This document shows, one piece after another, positions 44,737 through 47,008 of a stretch of 47,008 nt of DNA. Within the stretch, counting starts at the first letter, position 1; every line of letters starts with the position of its first letter. This DNA is from a virus (lineage: Duplodnaviria > Caudoviricetes). The DNA is taken from the IMG/VR virus record IMGVR_UViG_3300048575_000432, positions 1 through 47,008 of that record. The stretch is one strand, 5' to 3'. Position numbers and translations under genes: made by a program. The notes beneath the pieces were generated by a model. That model was not told the origin of the DNA and did not search any database. It saw only the letters and a program-made list of their open reading frames with translations.

Positions 44737-44891
44737 GAGGAAAAAGACACGCGTGTCTTTTTCACGCAGCCGGAGGAAGTGTGTCGGCATTTTAGCTCAG
44801 CGCAACAAAGAACCCCGGGCAAGCGCCCGGGGCATTTTAGACAGAGTCAGAAGGCGAGGAAAAAGACACGCGTGTCTCTTTCACGCGGCCG
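44737..44891. repeat. two 36-bp direct repeats, each with a 24-bp palindrome
   Basis: gaaaaagacacgcgtgtctttttc at 44740-44763 (perfect) and 44859-44882 (one mismatch). Confidence 0.85.
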
Positions 44892-45615
44892 CACGACGGG
44901 GCGCGGCGATCATCGCCTGGACTGTGGCCAGGAGATCCTCGTCGCCGCGATCCAGAATGCCGGCGACGAAGGCGCTCACGGCGTCGCGATCGGCGACCGC
45001 GCCGAGTCGGCCATAGACCTCGCGGGCAGGCCCCAGACGCGAGAGCTGGCGCATGACCGCGGCGATCCGATCAGGACGCACTTTGCCGGTCCGCGTCTTC
45101 CGGCCGAGCAGCCGGTCGACGGCGGCGGTGACTTGCTGGGCCGTGAGATGTTCGTCGAAGGCGCGTTGCCAGAGGCGTTGCGCCGGATCGACTAGGTTGG
45201 GTCGAAGCGCCCATCGCTCCGACGACTCGTGCCGAAGCAATCGCCCGAAGACCGCTACCGTCGTCAGCGGGAGTTGTTTGGCCACGGCCGGCCCAAAGAG
45301 CCTCGCCACGTGATAGGCGAGCAAGACGCGGCGGACATTGGCCGCAGGGTAGCCGGCCTGCGTGAGGTGCTCGGCAATCTCGCGCAGTGCGACCGCCCGA
45401 GCTTCGCGGCGTTCTTGCCGATCCGTTATCCTGGCCAAGGATTGGACGAGGTAGCGATGGACCAGCCCGCCGCAGTTAATCGCTCCGATCGTCGCCGACC
45501 GCTCGGCCTTGGACCAGGCGTCGACGATCTGCTCCAGACTGACGGGTTGCCGCTTGGTCTGCGATTCTTGGGGTGGAGTCTCGGCGGGGTCCGAGGGTAC
45601 AATCTCGGAAGCCAT
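44881..45615 (-). CDS. hypothetical helical DNA-binding-like protein
   Basis: 244 aa, GGGAGGG upstream; LWQRAFDEHLTAQQVTAAV resembles the last helices of a ParB DNA-binding domain. Confidence 0.6.
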   Translation of the reverse strand: MASEIVPSDPAETPPQESQTKRQPVSLEQIVDAWSKAERSATIGAINCGGLVHRYLVQSLARITDRQERREARAVALREIAEHLTQAGYPAANVRRVLLAYHVARLFGPAVAKQLPLTTVAVFGRLLRHESSERWALRPNLVDPAQRLWQRAFDEHLTAQQVTAAVDRLLGRKTRTGKVRPDRIAAVMRQLSRLGPAREVYGRLGAVADRDAVSAFVAGILDRGDEDLLATVQAMIAAPRRAAA

Positions 45616-45901
45616 GATAGGGCCCTCCCTCTAGGGTTCTGTTGTGGATAGGCTCGCGTGGATGCTGTAACATCCACGCGGGCCGCTTTTCTTATCGGGA
45701 TGGCAAAGCCGACGGAATGAGAAAAGCCGCCAAGAAAGGGCAACAACCTCCCTGGCCCACGCCTTGGAGGGTGTTGAAATGGGAGGCCACGAGGGTGAGT
45801 TTGACATTACCAAGAAGGGTCCGGTGACTAGTCGGTCCCATTTGGAAGATCCCGCGTACCTCGCGATACGCAGATCCTCGTGGCCTCCGATGTACGCTTG
45901 T

Positions 45902-46639
45902 TCAGAACTTTCCGCCTCTCAATTGCTCAATGTGGGCACGAACCAAGGCAGCCTCGAATTGGAGAAGGGATTCCAGGTCCGTGCGGTCGACCGCCGAAAT
46001 CGCGTCCGCTTGCCTCTTCCAAACCGCAAGGAGGAACGGCTTTAGCCGCGCCACATCACATTGCCGTAGCCTTTCGGCCCGCGCGTCCCATGTGGCCTGA
46101 AATTGGTCGTGAATCTCGCTGTAAAGCAGGTCAAACTGCTGTGGAGTGATGTGAAGGCCGTCATGCCGATGACGGAAAGATTGCCCGTATCTTGGCTCGA
46201 ACCGGATTGCCTCATCCACGTCCGGAAGAGCCCATCCCTCGGACTCCAGTTTGCGGACCGTCCAAGCCGGCGCCGCTCGCGCAATATCGCCTGCCTCAAG
46301 TACAGCCTCGCTCCAGGTGCAAGTGAACTTGCCGAGTACCGTGACGCCAGAAAGCCGTCCCGTTCTGGCAAGGGCCAGCGTAATCCCTTCGCAAAAGCCG
46401 GGGAGCATCAGAAAATGGATAAGGGTAACGAGAGAGTCAATTGCGGCTTGGTGGTCGCACCACTCATCAACGGCCGGGCCGGCGAATTCGGGATCTACAA
46501 ATGCGTATCTGAGATTGGGGAGCGTGTACGAAAGCTCCCAAATCTCACGGCTGATTACGTCTGCTCGCTCCGGCGATAGGGCAACTTCCACGGGGTTTGG
46601 TGTCGAAGCGCGAATTCCCTCGCCAGCGATGGCCATCAC
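45902..46639 (-). CDS. hypothetical protein (lower-GC accessory gene)
   Basis: 245 aa, GGAGG upstream. Confidence 0.6.
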   Translation of the reverse strand: MMAIAGEGIRASTPNPVEVALSPERADVISREIWELSYTLPNLRYAFVDPEFAGPAVDEWCDHQAAIDSLVTLIHFLMLPGFCEGITLALARTGRLSGVTVLGKFTCTWSEAVLEAGDIARAAPAWTVRKLESEGWALPDVDEAIRFEPRYGQSFRHRHDGLHITPQQFDLLYSEIHDQFQATWDARAERLRQCDVARLKPFLLAVWKRQADAISAVDRTDLESLLQFEAALVRAHIEQLRGGKF

Positions 46640-46747
46640 ACCCTCCGTTGCTCGCTCGTGCGGTTCCCCTGACCTGGATCGCTTTTGGTTGCGTCGGCCT
46701 GGTATAATCCCAGCGTCTTAGCTCCCTCGTTTCTTCGGAGGAAAATC

Positions 46748-47008
46748 ATGCCTGGCGAAATCACCCTACAAGCCAACTCGCAACCGTTCTGCGATGTACT
46801 AGCGGAACTTGAATCCCTTGCCGAGGGATCGGCCCAAGTCGCGGAGATCGTTCTCGGCCTTCTGAAGGACGGCCGCGAGCTGGCTCGACTTGATGCTGAC
46901 ACCACAGAAGGGACACTTCTGATCACGCTCAAACCATCTGACTTTCTGCTTGATGGTCTTGCCACAGCTCGGGCAATGAAGCTCAAAAAGAGCATCCCTG
47001 TTCAATAA
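46748..47008 (+). CDS. hypothetical protein
   Basis: GGAGG upstream of MPGEITLQ. Confidence 0.5.
   Translation: MPGEITLQANSQPFCDVLAELESLAEGSAQVAEIVLGLLKDGRELARLDADTTEGTLLITLKPSDFLLDGLATARAMKLKKSIPVQ
46799..47005 (-). CDS. zinc-ribbon protein antisense to the + strand ORF
   Basis: CPSCG...CPFCG followed by an amphipathic helix. Confidence 0.5.
   Translation of the reverse strand: MNRDALFELHCPSCGKTIKQKVRWFERDQKCPFCGVSIKSSQLAAVLQKAENDLRDLGRSLGKGFKFR

Larger units (their letters stand above)
2317..47008 (-). mobile_element. lambdoid (siphovirus-type) prophage integrated at tRNA-Glu; right end not seen in window
   Basis: att fragment plus contiguous terminase, portal, capsid, tail, replication and recombinase genes; no sheath gene recognised. 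Confidence 0.9.

Noticed and set aside
44737-44891. 36-bp repeats as a mini-CRISPR
   Set aside because: Only two copies, an 83-bp structured spacer, no cas genes, and one copy overlaps a stop codon.

Overview
GC-rich bacterial window, probably Planctomycetota (inferred from the RimI, CsrA and FliA-like sequences and intergenic heptamer repeats). Bases 1-~1850 look like an integron-type cassette array: short + strand ORFs separated by attC-like imperfect palindromes, with no IntI in view. The 3' half of a tRNA-Glu(CTC) gene at 2317-2361 marks a prophage att end. From there to the window end lies a lambdoid siphovirus prophage, almost all on the - strand. In transcription order it carries an early region (tyrosine recombinase, Acb2/Tad1-like anti-defence protein, FliA-like sigma factor, iteron-bearing initiator, ParB, CsrA, RimI, DUF4031-ASCH), a protease-centred block where lysis genes normally sit, a lambda-like cos, terS/terL, a DNA methylase, portal, an S49 protease-capsid fusion, neck and tail genes with a -1 frameshift, tape measure, and a DUF2341/LamG repeat protein. 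The strongest unexplained signal is eight copies of the palindrome ATTTC-N4-GAAAT, similar to the Noc-binding site, spaced 3-8 kb apart across the prophage. The phage's ParA-less ParB has specificity residues that fit this site. All protein family calls are from motif recognition by eye; no database searches were run.
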